Positions 49,790 through 63,134 are shown, counted from the whole stretch's first letter. The stretch is 63,152 bases of DNA, filler included, from Cercozoa sp. M6MM (GCA_040357565.1; 11 parts of 11 records of this genome joined end to end with filler, not necessarily neighbours in it); one strand, 5' to 3'. The notes: a model not told the origin generated them from the sequence alone. Numbers and translations: made by a program.

Positions 49790-50151
49790 CGTGTTCCCCC
49801 TGCCCTAGGACTTACGATACTTCAGTTCTTTGTAATTGCTGTCCGTCCGTAAACGCGTTTGTACTTGCTGCAGAAGTCCGCGTGGAAGTCAAACAACTGA
49901 GTGAAGTGACTGAAGCCGAAACGCCAGTTTACATCACGATAGTATACAACTGACTGTATTTACTGAGACCCTCCGCTCTACTTGGCTTTCTGTGTTGTGC
50001 GTGCGGTGAGACGGGGAAACGTGAGCTGAATGTACCGTCCCCATAACTATCAACGCAAACTATCAACGCAAATTCAGTTCCGCCCAGAAGCGAAGGAAGG
50101 AGCCGGACAAGCCAGAAGCCCTCAAAGATGTTGGACTCGGTCACGCGCATA

Positions 50152-51053
50152 TCACTTCATCTCAATGTCGATGCGACGCGGCTCGTCGTCGTAATCTGCA
50201 AAGGCAGTACACAAACAAGTTCTGATGACGCGAGTAGAAAATGTACGCGAGTGAATACCACTCTCCATCAAGAGACGCTCGTCCTCGGATTCGCCACGCG
50301 TCAACGTCTCCCTGTGCACGTGCACCAGAGCGAAATTTAGGAACATCGAACCACACAGACAAAAGACACAGACACACAGCACACACAGAGAGAGAAGCAA
50401 GCGAAGGTACATGGCCTCATCGACACGGCGGCAAATCTCGCGCTCCGTCACGTCCGATGGCGGCTGAGAATACACAGAAGACTTGCAAGTCTCTTTGACA
50501 GGTTAGTACAGGAAGGAGTGTGTACATGAGCAGGGTGAGGCGGGATCGACGGCTTACGACGCATGGCAACCGAGTGGCGGCGCTCTTGTGCACGTGCCAC
50601 CTGCCAAGTCTGACGCAAGCGACGCTGGGCCAGCAGGTCCTTGAACTTGGCCACAGCACGACGAACAGCCGGCTGCACACGTCGCCCATGCATCATCAAA
50701 TACACCAAAGTGATCAGCAGATTTGCAGGGGTACCGTGTCATACTGTCCGGCAACACCGTTCTGCTGCTGGTCCGACCAGTTCTGCGGCGATCCGACCAC
50801 GTAGTCTGGAAACCGTCAGAATAAAGAACGACAAGGTGCACACTCGTAGACGGTACCAGTCTCATCGATGATCTCCTCCTGAATGAGCTCCTCAAAGATA
50901 TCCTCAATCGTAACAATGCCGAGGATCTTCACACTTGGCGGAATGTCGCGATCGCGGTGGCGCATGGCGTACTGCACCAGGTGCCTGCAGTCAGACACAT
51001 GCCAAGATAACTATAACAATAAATTATATCATAAATGTAACAATATAAAATAT

Positions 51054-51119
<66 letters not shown>

Positions 51120-52712
51120 GCAGAGAGAGAGGCAGGATGTACACTTCAGGCGACACGAGAGCGAGGTGCGAGGTGCCGCGCTGGAAGGTGTTCAGCACTT
51201 GCAGCAGCGGCGTGTCCGGATGCACAACGATCGGGTCGCGGTGCACAAAGTCGCGGGCAGGACGCGCGTCCGCCGGGTTCACTGCAATCAGACGCTTCGT
51301 CAGCAAGAAGCCTGTGCACACACATGTACAAGAGTGAGCAATAAGATCGATAGGGGGAGGGGGCTACCCTGGATGTTGTTGCGGAAGTCCTTGTACACGG
51401 GGATACGCGAGTGGCCGTGCGCAAGCAGGTCGGCCATGGCGTCATGGTTCATGAGTCGCGTCTCGTCCAGCATCTGCACCTTGTCCAACGGCGTCAACAC
51501 GTCGCGCACCGTCTTGCTGCGCATGGAGAGTGCGCCCTTGAGGATCGACACTTCGTCCGGAACCAAGCCGTGTTTCTGTTCGTCCGACCCGCTGTTCTCG
51601 ATGGCGTCGTCCGTGAAGTTCTGCAGCTCCGCCTCCAGCGTTCTGAGGCAATTGAAAACTCACGACAAAGCGGAAAGCCGGAAGAGAGGTGATACGGCTG
51701 CATGTCGATCAGTGCGCACAGTTCCGAGCGGTTGAACACGATATGGTGACCATTGTCATGACCCAGCAGACGGTCCAGCAGCCATGCGATCGGTGCCGCA
51801 ACGATCCAACACACCGACATGATCACGCGGATCAACGGCGCGAACGTCGAACCTGCGAATTTATCCAGTTTGTTTTTTTTAAATACAAGTCAATTAATTT
51901 AAACAACAGAATGACACTGTACCGATACGCAACGGATCGCTCGTGCAGAAGGCTTGTGGCAAGATTTCACCAAAGATCAACACGGCAGTTCTACACCGTC
52001 AATAATTAAAAAAGCGAGTGCATGTTATCAGAAGGAAATAAGCAAAAAGGCAAGGTACACTGAGATCAGAATGGCAACCACAGACGGCACCAAACGGTCC
52101 AAGAAAATCGGCAACGCCTCCATACACACAGCGTTCACCAGCAGCAGCGTCACCAGCAGCAAGTGATGCTTCTTCAGAATAGGCGCCAGGCGACGCACGC
52201 GCATACGGTCAACTTCGCTGCCCTGTTTAAAGCAAGTGTTTCGAAAGTAGAGCAAAGCAATTAGCTTTGAGAATGAAATAGGAGCCTACCGTGCGTTGCA
52301 GAAGCTCAAGCTTGAGCGGGTCGATGGCCATCAGACCAACCGTTAGACCGGACATCATACCGGCCATACACACCAGGAAGAGACAGACCATCGAGTCTGC
52401 ACGAAGCGAAATCCATTCCGATCAGTCAAGTTGAAGCAGCGAAAGCTTACACAGGAAGATTGTGCCGCCATCGTGCACAAGCTCTTCACACTCTCCCTCG
52501 CCTCCCTCGGCGCCACCCTCATGAGTGGTGTTGCTGGTCGAACCCTCGTTCAGGGGCACGAGGCGGAACTGCTGGCCGAACGGGTCAACGACGGTGCCGT
52601 CCGCCTGGAAGGTGTAGTCTACCGCGGGAACATTTTTCGATGCCAAGACTTGCACCGACAGACAGGACGCGAGCAACACTAGGCCGCTCTGTGAATCAAC
52701 CGAAACAATCAT
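50152..52712 (-). CDS. CNNM/DUF21-CBS pair metal transporter (Mam3-like)
   Basis: AGMMSGLTVGLMAID, HLLLVTLLLVNAVCMEALPIFLD, LIFGEILPQA, GHSRIPVY, FQRGTSHLALV, GIVTIEDIFEELIQEEIIDET. Confidence 0.95.
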
Positions 52713-53102
52713 GGATCATTTAAAAAAAGAAAGCAAGAAATCGAATCTTGCACGCTTTCGATGCTTTCGATGCAAGAGCAAGCTAAAAATGTTTCGGGAC
52801 AAACCACAAGGGATTAAAAACAGATCACACAGCAAAGCTTCTCATCCCAGGAAAACCACACACTCTGACCCAGCCAAAAAACTCTAAGGCACGACACCGC
52901 AGCTCGTATAAACGTCGAGGCAAGCTTGCGGTTCATGCAACAGTATGAATACTCGTGTGATGCACACTGATGTCGCAGACGGAGGATTGGCGTGCGCTTT
53001 ATATTACCTCCGGCGCTCACTAAAGCATGCAGTACAGTGCTAAAGCGTCTTAAAGAGAGTGTGGTGGTGCTCTTACCTTTGCAAAGCGTTCTGTAGAAAC
53101 AA

Positions 53103-54126
53103 ATGACAAGCCCTCGGATACCGACAGCCCGCGAGTTCCTTGCGATCGTAGGGTTTGCCACTGGTTTTAGTTTCGTTCTGTCGCCCCCGCAAGTTGATCA
53201 GGTCGGTTCTCTCTGTTCATCTGTGTCACTGAATTTTGATACGTCTACCACATTGCAGGTACCGCTGTCGGGCAGGAAGGTGTACTGGCGGGACCGCAAT
53301 GTGCCATCGCCGACACATGTGCCTAGCAGCGATTTCGAGCGTCGCTGCATGCAGCTGAAGGAGAAACTCCGGTCTTTCGAGGCTGAAGGAGTGTACGGTA
53401 CGTCAGTGCGCGAAACCCAGGTATGTTAAGTAGTTAAAGAGGTGTTTGTCATTCTGAGAACATTCGGGAATACAGAAAGCACTTCGCGTGGCCGAAACGT
53501 CAGGCACGGCGGTTCACAGCGACTTTGGCGCTGGGATAATCACGGTTCGCGCGGACAGTGATCAGTTGAGTGACTCGGCACTTGCGTTTGTGCTGGCACA
53601 CGAGCAGGCGCATGCGTGGAGTGCCAAGTGCCTGCGCACGATCGTGCTTCACTGGCTGCACCGCGACCTGATGTCGGTGATTGATATCTTGCCGCGCAGA
53701 GTCGCCCTCTGGCTCGCGGAGGTGTCACACGAGTTGGAAGTCGAGTGCGACATGCTCGCTCTCGTCGATCTCGAACAAAGCGGGTTCGATGCGTCGGAAG
53801 CGCACCACGCAATCGCACTGGTGTCCTCGCATGCGCAACTCGACCCTCTGCCGTCCTTGCGTGTCATGCTCAACACGGTACCTTCACATTCATACAGTGT
53901 ACTTATACAGTGTACAGGGTCGATCATTTTTTGTCGATAGGCACCGCCGTTTCATTATCGACTGCGCCACTGGGCACGTGTCATTAACGAGCTGCGACAA
54001 GGACAGGATCCGCAACTCGTTGTGCAGCGTGCCGTGCGCGACACTGTCGCCGACCTGCATGCCGACATTCGCGAGGGCCGCTTCGCTCGCAGGAGGCACG
54101 AGCACTCGCGCGTTCCTCCGCAGTAA
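53103..54126 (+). CDS. Peptidase M48 / OMA1-like zinc metalloprotease
   Basis: N-terminal TM plus VPLSGR, LAFVLAHEQAH (HExxH), HELEVECDMLAL (E.E.D), SGFD. Confidence 0.7.
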
Positions 54127-54591
54127 TTTAGTTTCCCGTTCGTTGAATTTCTCCTTGCCAACTCGACTAAAGACAAGCGAGGTCGAGTTGAAACTTAACC
54201 AAACGGACGGAAGCGAGCATGCCCGGCCGGACGAAAACAGCGTGTAGACGAACTGACGTGAACTCCAATGTACGGTACTGGTACTTCAAACAATGGACAG
54301 TAGTTGCGTAACTTGCGTTGCCGTCCGATTTGCATTTCATCATTCGATTTTTTCGCATTAATACTGCGGCTCAAGTGAGTACGAGCGGAGGATACACTAG
54401 CTTGAAGTCGAAACCTCGGGCTGCGAGTCGGCTGATGCAAGTTGTTCCGCTTGGATCAAATTCGAGCAGTCCAAGCTGTCTATCCTGCAAAAATTGAAAC
54501 TAAACAATACACGAGGAACGTTTAGAATGGTACCTCATAGGCAAGCGTCCAAGGTACTGGCGACGGCGGAAGGGACTCGGCACCGGGAAAC

Positions 54592-54864
54592 GTGCAGTTG
54601 GTGCATTTTCTGCGCTTGCCCGGGTGGCCGGAACTGGTGTTTTTTGGGTTGATTGGAGCTGCCTTTGCTGTGACGGCCGTTGTTGGTCGGTGTGGACTAG
54701 AATACGCTCGGTTTCGGCTGCAGTTGCGCAAACTCACCGAAAAGGCCAAAGCACAAATGACAAAAACCGACCGGTTGCTGCTCCTTCAGGTTCGACCGTT
54801 TCTGTCGCCTTTGTTTCATCGATTTCGCTGCTTTCATTCGCAGCGTGAGTCGAGTCGAGTGTGA
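54592..54864 (+). CDS. Possible small single-pass membrane protein (start unresolved)
   Basis: TM-like LVFFGLIGAAFAVTAVVG followed by a basic segment; no clear ATG. Confidence 0.3.
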   Translation: MQLVHFLRLPGWPELVFFGLIGAAFAVTAVVGRCGLEYARFRLQLRKLTEKAKAQMTKTDRLLLLQVRPFLSPLFHRFRCFHSQRESSRV

Positions 54865-55067
54865 TTGACTCTACTAAAACAAATATCGTGTTCTTCAATG
54901 TGAACAAAAGAAAAAAGAAAAGTAAAGCTGAACACTCATTTATTTGCACCAAAGTGAAAACTAAAATTAAATTATACCAAGAGTATTATAATTTAAGAAA
55001 AAAAAACGCCAAAGCGACATCCAAACGATACAGCAGTAAAATGATTTAAAAAAAACAGACGAATACA

Positions 55068-55985
55068 TCAAACACAGAGAGTAAGAAAAAAGAAGATACG
55101 CTGCTGTGTCAATGCAGGGGTGAAAACGCCAGTACTGGCGCCGCCGAAGGTGTTTGGAAACGTGCCGAACTGACCACTGAAACCACTGTTGAACGAGGCA
55201 GGAGAAACGCTGCTTTCGACGCTGAGATTCGTCATGTCTCCAGTTCGCTTGGCTTCTGGTTTCGCTGGTGGTGCCTGGGGAAGGGGGTAGGTAGGGTACG
55301 AGTGTGTGTGGGGGGGGGCAAGGGCTACCTTGGTAGGTTTCGGCACAGGTCGCACTCGTTTCGGCGGCGTCGGAAGCGCGTCGAACTGCGGTCCGTTGGG
55401 CACCTGGAGGAAGGAGACCGACTCGTCCCACGAGGCAACGGCCAACACTCCCTCGTCCAGCAATGACCAACCGGCACCCTACATGGGGAAGGTAACAATG
55501 TAAAGTGGGAGGGGGACAAGGGGGGTAAGAACCACAATGAACTCCGTGTGCACATCATCGAAACGCAATTTGAGCGGCGATGCCGGTTGCTGCAGATGCC
55601 ACACGAGTGTGCTCATATCGTAGCCAGTCGATGCCAGTGCGTTGGCGTTGTGCGGACTGAATCGCACGCGTCTGCTCATTATACCCCCACTATCCCCCTC
55701 CTTTACTCCGGCCCCTACTTACCCCTACCCCCCATACCCCCACTCCTACCTAGCAGCAAACTCGTGTCCTTGCAGTTCAAGCAGCGGCGAGGCGACGTTG
55801 CGCAAGTCCCAGACACGAACGAGACGATCGACACCGCCTGTGGCGACAAGGTTGTCCGTGTACCTGGAGGCATCGCATGACATGCACTCGTGTCCGTGTG
55901 CCTGCCAGGTCTGTGTCACTTCCTTGCTCCGACTGTCGAAACACTTGGCACTCCCGTCGCCGCCTGCCGTCACCAGGGTCTCTGC
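55068..55985 (-). CDS. PEX7: Peroxisomal PTS2 receptor PEX7 (WD40), 3' part
   Basis: AHGHECMSCDASRY..ATGGVD..RVWDLRN..GHEFAARRVRFSPH..LASTGYDMS..HTEFIVG..WS..EGVLAVASWDE. Confidence 0.9.
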
Positions 55986-56182
55986 GGGGACAGAACAGGG
56001 GTAGGGGGGTAAATAGGGGGGTAAACAGGAGGGTGAACAGGAGGGTAAACAGGAGGGCAAACAGGAGGGTAAACAGCGGGGGNNNNNNNNNNNNNNNNNN
56101 NNNNNNNNNNNNNNNNNNNNNNNNNNTTAATTAATTAANNNNNNNNNNNNNNNNNNNNNNNNNNNNNNNNNNNNNNNNNNNN

Positions 56183-56268
<86 letters not shown>

Positions 56269-56313
56269 TGTGCACTCTGGTGTGATATGTGATGTGTTTG
56301 TCTCCTCGGCAGT

Positions 56314-57430
56314 AGCAACAAGAAGAAGAAGAAGAAACTTAAGGCACCGTCAGTTCGAGCTGCGAGTCGTCCTTCACTGGTAGATTAGAAAACTGTCCGC
56401 ATGGGTCTTTTTTACTTTTGTGACACTGTAGGCATCGCAAATGCTCGCTCTGGGCAACACGTCGGACGCCGGCAGTCACGCTGGAACTCTCGCGGAGCAG
56501 CACGGCAGTTTCCAGCAACTGGTCGATGCCACCAGGCACCGGGTACCCTTCCATGTTGCTTTGATTCACTGTCCTCCTGTAACTTCTTTTTGTGTGTGTT
56601 GTTGCAGGTGCATACGATCGTACAGAACACGCGGCGCCAGTTGCGACACAAACGACGCGAGATGCGGCTCAAGGACGCGCAGTAGTCTATCCTACAATCT
56701 ATTTGTTTGTATGCTTGAACGTTCCAGAGTATGAGCGTGTTCTACGCGGTGACAGGTACAAGGCGATAATCGCAGCCATGGATCGCGACAGAGAGGCGCA
56801 GCTGAAAATGCTACAGCGACAGGTCGATGCGATGGAGCAGGCCATCTCGCACAGTCTGCTTGGTACACTCATGTTTTTCTTCCCTCCCCATAAATCAAGC
56901 TTGTATCCGTGTATTGTAGAACTCGAGCACGCGATCGAACTCAGCAGAACAACGGCCATGTCGCACACGTCGGTATTGTCTCCTTGCTCTTCTATTCCCG
57001 AGTATGCACGTAGATGTGTGCATGTGTTTTATTCGGCTAGGTGAGCGACCTGCCACGTGATCCCGAGGATAGCATCGGCATCGTTCGCAGCATGGTCAAG
57101 TCGATGGAACGACAAGGCGACACAGACACACCGGCAGCTGCTGCGTGTAGTCTTTCTGTCCTATCCCGTGCCGATGGGTGCGCATGCAATACTCTACGTT
57201 ACATGAACAGTCGTGGAACGAGCCAGCAGTGTCGACACGCGGCGAAGTCGTCGGCGTCGCCACGCGGCGCACCACTATCCGGGCAGTACCCCCAGCAGCG
57301 ACGCCAGCAGTGGCCACGGTCGCAGCAGCAATCGTGCCGACACGCGCAGCGAACCGGGACGCCACTAAGAAACCAACTCTGTGTAGCTTCCCTGTACCAG
57401 TGCTGTGGTGGCGAACCGGGAGGCTACTAG
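56314..57430 (+). CDS. Hypothetical coiled-coil protein, 3' part
   Basis: In-frame GT-AG exons (VHTIVQNTRRQLRHKRREMRLKDAQ; EYERVLRGDRYKAIIAAMDRDREAQLKMLQRQVD). The frame of the last exon is ambiguous. Confidence 0.55.
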
Positions 57431-57771
57431 TGAGCCTGAGCGTGGCGTGTAATAAAAGAAGTAAGTCGTCAATTAGACGAAGTGAGGGAATCAAATGAAC
57501 GAAGTTGATTTTCGTTTCTATCAAATAGAGCTTTTGATCACCACAGCAGACCCGAGAAACTCTGGGCACATGCACGATCCGGCTCAGTTACCTTAGTTAC
57601 ATGTTTTGCAGAAAAGGCAATTCTTCCATAATAATTTTTCGTTTTGATCAGTTTTTTCGTATTTTGGAGCCGCCATTGTGGCACTAGCGTTGGCGTGTTT
57701 AGTGATGCTATCTGAGGCTGATAGTTTTAAAAACCAGCTCTTTGCATTGGTGTTGACGCCGGACTGTCGTG

Positions 57772-60612
57772 ATGCCGGCAGTACTGTGTTTGGTCGTGTT
57801 GGCAGTGACATGTGTCGCTGCCGACAACCTCGTGCCGTTAAGTGTTATGAAACCAGGTTGCGTTCATCAAGGTACATCTAATTTATGTATCTTCTAATCG
57901 AGCATTTGCCAGTTGAATCTACGGTGCTATTAGGCAAGTGTGTGGACGACCACGGCCTCTTCAATCCTTCCGTGTGTTGTTCGGGTGTATGTGACAAGGA
58001 CAATGGTTGCGTTTCTACGACAGAAGCGTCTTCCATCTTGATTCGAGCAACTGCGACTGGGACTCCTTTTGTGTGCAAACCGGTGAGTGTTCTTTCGTTC
58101 GTGGTTGCTTTGGTACTGGTAAATTTACAGAACTCGTGTATATTCACAGGACTTGTTTTTTGGCGTTCGTTGCGGTGAGCCGTCGTACTTTCAAAGCGGC
58201 AGTCTTCCTCCCGACTGTTTGTGTCCCGAGGGCAAACCGTGTCTGGTATCGATGTTTGCTTGACCCAGTTTTTTGCGTGTCGTTGGAGGTGCCTCATGAT
58301 TGTCCCAGATCGGTAACGACGACACAGCGCTGTGCTCGACGCGTTTTTGGCTCGGCAAGTGCGATCCAAGCAACAGCGCATGTGTGCCGCAGCTACAGAT
58401 CAGCGTCGATTTGGAGAAGACGTTGTTCGAGTATCCGAAGCCAACGCTCGACAACGGTCTCGGTGGTCAGTGCACTGTCAGTTCTGACTGCCTTGACCCT
58501 GACCTCGTGTGCACGAGCACGTGTCTGGTGGACATTGCGGATTCTTTGTTTGGAACAGCACCAGGCGACGGTTTCCAGGTGACTGCGGATCAGTCGCGCG
58601 ATCTTGGAGACTCCAGCGTGTGTGCCCTTGCCCCTGCGGCCACAGTGGGTTTCAACACTCCGTGCTTGTGCAACAGCGACTGCAACGAGGGCAAGTGCAT
58701 GGTGCTGCTGGCCAACAATCTCGACGACATGACCGAGGCCATCGATGATACGTCGCTTGTGGGACTGTGCTTGGTATCAAAATTCTTACGGTGCTGTGCA
58801 GCATGTTTCCTCGTGTGTTGATGCTGACTTGTCGTTGTGTTTGAACTCTCAAGCTCGGTCCAGGAGACAGTGGCTGCAGTCTGAAGTGCCACTGTCTTCC
58901 CGGCAGCGACTGCATTGCTGGCGACTGCTCCATTCCAGTAGCGTTGCTGCACGTGTGCCTTTTTGTGATACCCAAAAATACACAAGCTTGCAGGCCGGTT
59001 CACCCGTGGACTGCACGTCGGGCACCTGTACGCCACCTGCCTTCTGCGACAGTGGTTTGTGCAAGCTGCCAGGTGGTGCGCCCTGTGTTTCCTCACTGCA
59101 ATGTGCGAGTGGCAACTGTGACCCGACGCTGTGGGTGTGCGCGGTGCCGCCGCCTTCCACACTGGACCCGTGCACCAGACAGCGACTGTCCGGTCGGTCA
59201 CGTGTGCGAGAATGGCATCTGTGTTTTCGGTGCCACCTGCGTTATTGACAGCGACTGCGGCAGCAACGCTGTGTGCGTGCTGGGGCTTTGTATGGCTGTC
59301 CCGGGCCAGCCATGCAACGACGACCTCCAGTGCCAGTCTGGGTACAGTCGTTTCACCCTCTAAATTGTACCGCGGAAACAGTGCCCATTCTTTAGACTGT
59401 GCGACGATACCACCAACACGTGCTCTGCTATTCTGGACTGCAGTTCCTTCACGAGCAACGAAAATTGCTGTTCAGGTGGTGTTGTCACACTCCTCTCAGG
59501 CAAAGTGTGCGTCGTGAGTACTGATTGCACACTTGTGACCAACACTTTCGTTTCTGGGTCCACTCTTTGCGTCGAAGCTGGAGTGAGACTGATGCGGTCG
59601 GCTGCACCGATGTCCTTTCAGTCTGGGTCTACCATTCGGTTTTATGGTCGACCGGGTGCTCCGATTGTTGTGACTCCGACTGGTGCCTCCAATGGAGGAA
59701 TGCTGATTTCTACTTCACTTGCACACATTCAGCACACGCGGTACGATACTCTCCAATGCACCTAGACTGTCCAACTGCCCAACTATGATGTTTTCGTAGA
59801 ATCGAGAACGCAGCCACCGCCTTTAGTCTCGCAGCAACCTCGACGAGCAGCTCAGTTTTGCGCAACTTGGCCTCTTTTTGCACCACGACAGGGCTGCGTG
59901 TGACGGCAAATCCCGTTGCCGGGAGTTCTAACCGAGTGACGCGATTCCAGTAAACTACTTGTGCTTGGACCTTTTCAGTCCGTAAAACTGATCTCTGATA
60001 TTCCTGGTGTGTACTGTACAAGTTTCCTGTAGTTCTCACCGAACATCTATCGGCGTCTCGCTGTATGGGTTTGGTTCTGGTGGGGTCTTACAGTCGCCAT
60101 TTGAGCGTCTCTCAGTGTCGGTCATAACCTCAGTCGGCCTGCGTGTCGAACCGGCAATGACTACGGCCCCTATCTGGCCGCTCTCGCATGTGCAGCTGCT
60201 AGTGCCGAGATTAGCGTCTTCAGACGCAATCCAGTGGTACACCGCGACTGCACCCGCCACGACGTGGACGGACGTCACTGTTGGACAACTGACCTTCTCG
60301 CAAGCAGGCAATTTCGTTGTGGATGAAATTCACGGCCCTGGTAGCGATCTCTCGCTGCTTGAATTCGATGGATTTGTCAGACAGGTGCGTTTGTGCTTTG
60401 TATCCTTGTTTCCAGCACTAACTATTGTGATTTTCTTGTTGCGATGCATCCAGAGCGGCAGCTTTCCGACGAATGGTGGATTCGACAGCACACTGGGTGC
60501 ACCTCCCACACTCACGGGCACCGTGGTCGACCCTGCCCTCGCGAGCGATCCGGCGTTACAGTACTACCCGTGGGTGCAGGCACTCAGCGGCACCGGGTCC
60601 ACTGGGAGCTGA
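57772..60612 (+). CDS. Secreted Cys-rich repeat protein with C-terminal parallel beta-helix-like region
   Basis: Signal MPAVLCLVVLAVTCVAA; repeated C..xSDC..G..C..G.C modules; then TLCVEAGV...FYGRPGAPIVVTP...GGMLI...IENA; ends YYPWVQALSGTGSTGS-TGA. Confidence 0.7.
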
Positions 60613-60881
60613 AACTGTCGTGAAGCTGAAAGCGGTTTCAACACAGAAGGGAACAAATGGCACGGTGAATTCACTCTGCTTACGTAGAAACTGACCGGTC
60701 ACTTATCACTAGCCGCCGCTTGTAACCCACCCCAGGACTGCTGCAGGAGTTACAGCGTTGGTCCCCCAAAACCCAACCGCACGCTTGCTGTACTGGCGTC
60801 AGTGGTCGGGTACCAGTAGTTTATGTTACGTTACGTTTGGCTACGTTCACGTCAGCTGTCAGACTCAATCAACAACTAAGC

Positions 60882-61298
60882 CTAATTTTGATGTTGCTCC
60901 TTGCTGCCAGTGTGAGCGCCCGAGTTATCACCGTCACTCGCACTGTTGCTGTTGCTGTTGTTGTTGTTGTTGTTGGCAACCGAGGCAAGTCGCGGCGGCA
61001 GCGGCATCAGAGGCAGCGCCGGCGGTGCCAGCGACACTGTGGCATTGGTACCACTTGCACTTCTCGTGGTACCACTAGCACTGGCCGTGCCACTGGTACC
61101 ACTTGCACTGGGACTACTTGTGATCGCGTGCGACTGCGGATACTGTGGGTACTGCGGCAGGTACGACGGGTACATTGGCTGCGGCAGTCCGGCGCCTCCC
61201 TGCGGCTGCGGCAGCGACGTCATGTTCTGCTGCATCGCCGCCATGCTCTGCTGGATCTGGGGGCACGCACTGATCTCCCAGATCGGAAGATCAGTGAG
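60882..61298 (-). CDS. Low-complexity (P/Q/S/N) C-terminus of an unknown protein
   Basis: Open frame from the gap: TDLPIWEISACPQIQQSMAAMQQ...NNNNNNSNSNS...-TAG. Confidence 0.5.
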   Translation of the reverse strand, partial: LTDLPIWEISACPQIQQSMAAMQQNMTSLPQPQGGAGLPQPMYPSYLPQYPQYPQSHAITSSPSASGTSGTASASGTTRSASGTNATVSLAPPALPLMPLPPRLASVANNNNNNSNSNSASDGDNSGAHTGSKEQHQN

Positions 61299-61403
61299 TN
61301 NNNNNNNNNNNNNNNNNNNNNNNNNNNNNNNNNNNNNNNNNNNTTAATTAATTAANNNNNNNNNNNNNNNNNNNNNNNNNNNNNNNNNNNNNNNNNNNNC
61401 TGG

Positions 61404-61455
<52 letters not shown>

Positions 61456-61471
61456 GTGTACGATCTGCAGT

Positions 61472-61709
61472 GCTGCTGCGACACCAGTTGCCTCGCTTTG
61501 TCAGTGGTCAGGTAGGACTGACCTGAAAGAGCGGAGGGAGAGATAGAGAGGTGTTTGCATATGGTCATGACTGTAGGAGGAGTCGCGGTTCGAGCAGCTG
61601 CCTCCGGAGGTGCGCAATGCCGTGCTGGGTGCCACGATCAACGGTACTCTTGGATACTTTTCACCCTGTTTGTTTATCAGTACACACACTTATATTTGTG
61701 TATAAGTGT

Positions 61710-61751
<42 letters not shown>

Positions 61752-61784
61752 GTGATATTATATATAGTATATAGTTTCTAATAT

Positions 61785-61815
<31 letters not shown>

Positions 61816-62157
61816 GTATTATATAGTGATATATATATATATATATATATGTATGTGCGTGTATGTTATGGATGAATGTGCCTCCTGTGTAGTGCTCCAG
61901 GGCTCGGATGAGTCCGAAGTGCTGCGGCTCACTGCCGACATGGCCGGTACCTTGTCTTGTGTGTCTGTGTCTGTGTACAGTACCCCTGTACCCTGTACCC
62001 TGTACCTTTAAAAATAACACAGGCGAACTGGGCGCCATTGCCCTGTCGGGCGGCGACGGCACGCCACGCTTCCCAGAGTGGATGACGCTCGTCGAGGCCT
62101 GCGCGCAGCTGCTGCAGTCGGTACCTATCTGCATACACATTATATATGCATCTATTA

Positions 62158-62192
<35 letters not shown>

Positions 62193-63134
62193 CTTTGCCT
62201 GTATGTGTATGTATGTATGGGTATATCTATTGTATCTATCCATACATGTGTCTCTATATTAACGTACAAGTAAGTGTATGTATTCACAGGAAAGCACAGC
62301 AGCTCAGAAGCGCGCCGCTCTGTTGTGCATCGGCGAGGTACTCTTCTCTACTGGGTGTAGGAAGGAAGTATAGGGTAGGGTAAGAGGGTAGAGGGGGTTT
62401 GTATTTGCAAATGTCGCCACAGGTGGGCAGTCGTGTCGGCGGCAATCTCGAGCGAGTGCGCGAGAACTTCGTCGTGTCACTGGCGGCACTCACGGCGCAG
62501 GTGCGTGGTGTCTTTACCCCACCCCACCCACCTTCTTTTATCCCCTTAATCTCCTCCCTTGAGGTGTGCAAGCAGACACTGCAAGACGCAGAGCTGTCGG
62601 TGGCGACGGCGGCGATGCAGGCCTTTGTGAAGCTGCTGCCTGAGATGCAGGAGGAGGTGCGCGACGACGTGTCGCACAAGGTGGCGCCTGCGCTGCTCGC
62701 CGTGGCGGAACGCGCCGTCAAACGACTCGACGACGCCGAGGCCAACCGCGCGCTCACCTCGCTCTGCTCCGCCCTCGTCGAGTGCGAGGTTACCCCCTTA
62801 CCCCTTACCCCTCCACCTTTCCCCTTACCCCCTCCACCTTTCCCCTTACCCCCTTACCCTTACCCCTACACCTTATCCTTACCTTTACACCTTATCCTTA
62901 CCCCTACACCTTACCTTTTACCCCCTACCCCCGGACAGACCCTGCTGTGCTCGGACGAGTCACTGCACCGTGCCATGGGACTGGCGCAGTAGGCTTGTTC
63001 TTTCCACTCCCTCCATGTACCCCTCCATGTACCCCCCCCCAGAGCGTGCGTGTCGAACGACGACCTGCGTGCGTTGGACGACGAAGTGCGTCGCAGTGCC
63101 GTCGAAGTGCTCGTCACACAGGCGCAGTTTGCTG
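61472..63134 (+). CDS. Importin-5/Pse1-like karyopherin beta (HEAT repeats), N-terminal region, partial
   Basis: VLLRHQL...FEQLPPEVRNAVL...VLRLTADMAGEL...FPEWM...KRAALLCIGE...TLQDAELSVATAAMQAF...DDEVRRSAVEVL follows the importin-4/5 HEAT order. Confidence 0.7.

Noticed and set aside
54530-54540. 11-nt GT..AG micro-intron that would supply an ATG to the small TM ORF
   Set aside because: It is far below the roughly 54-nt minimum seen in all other introns here.
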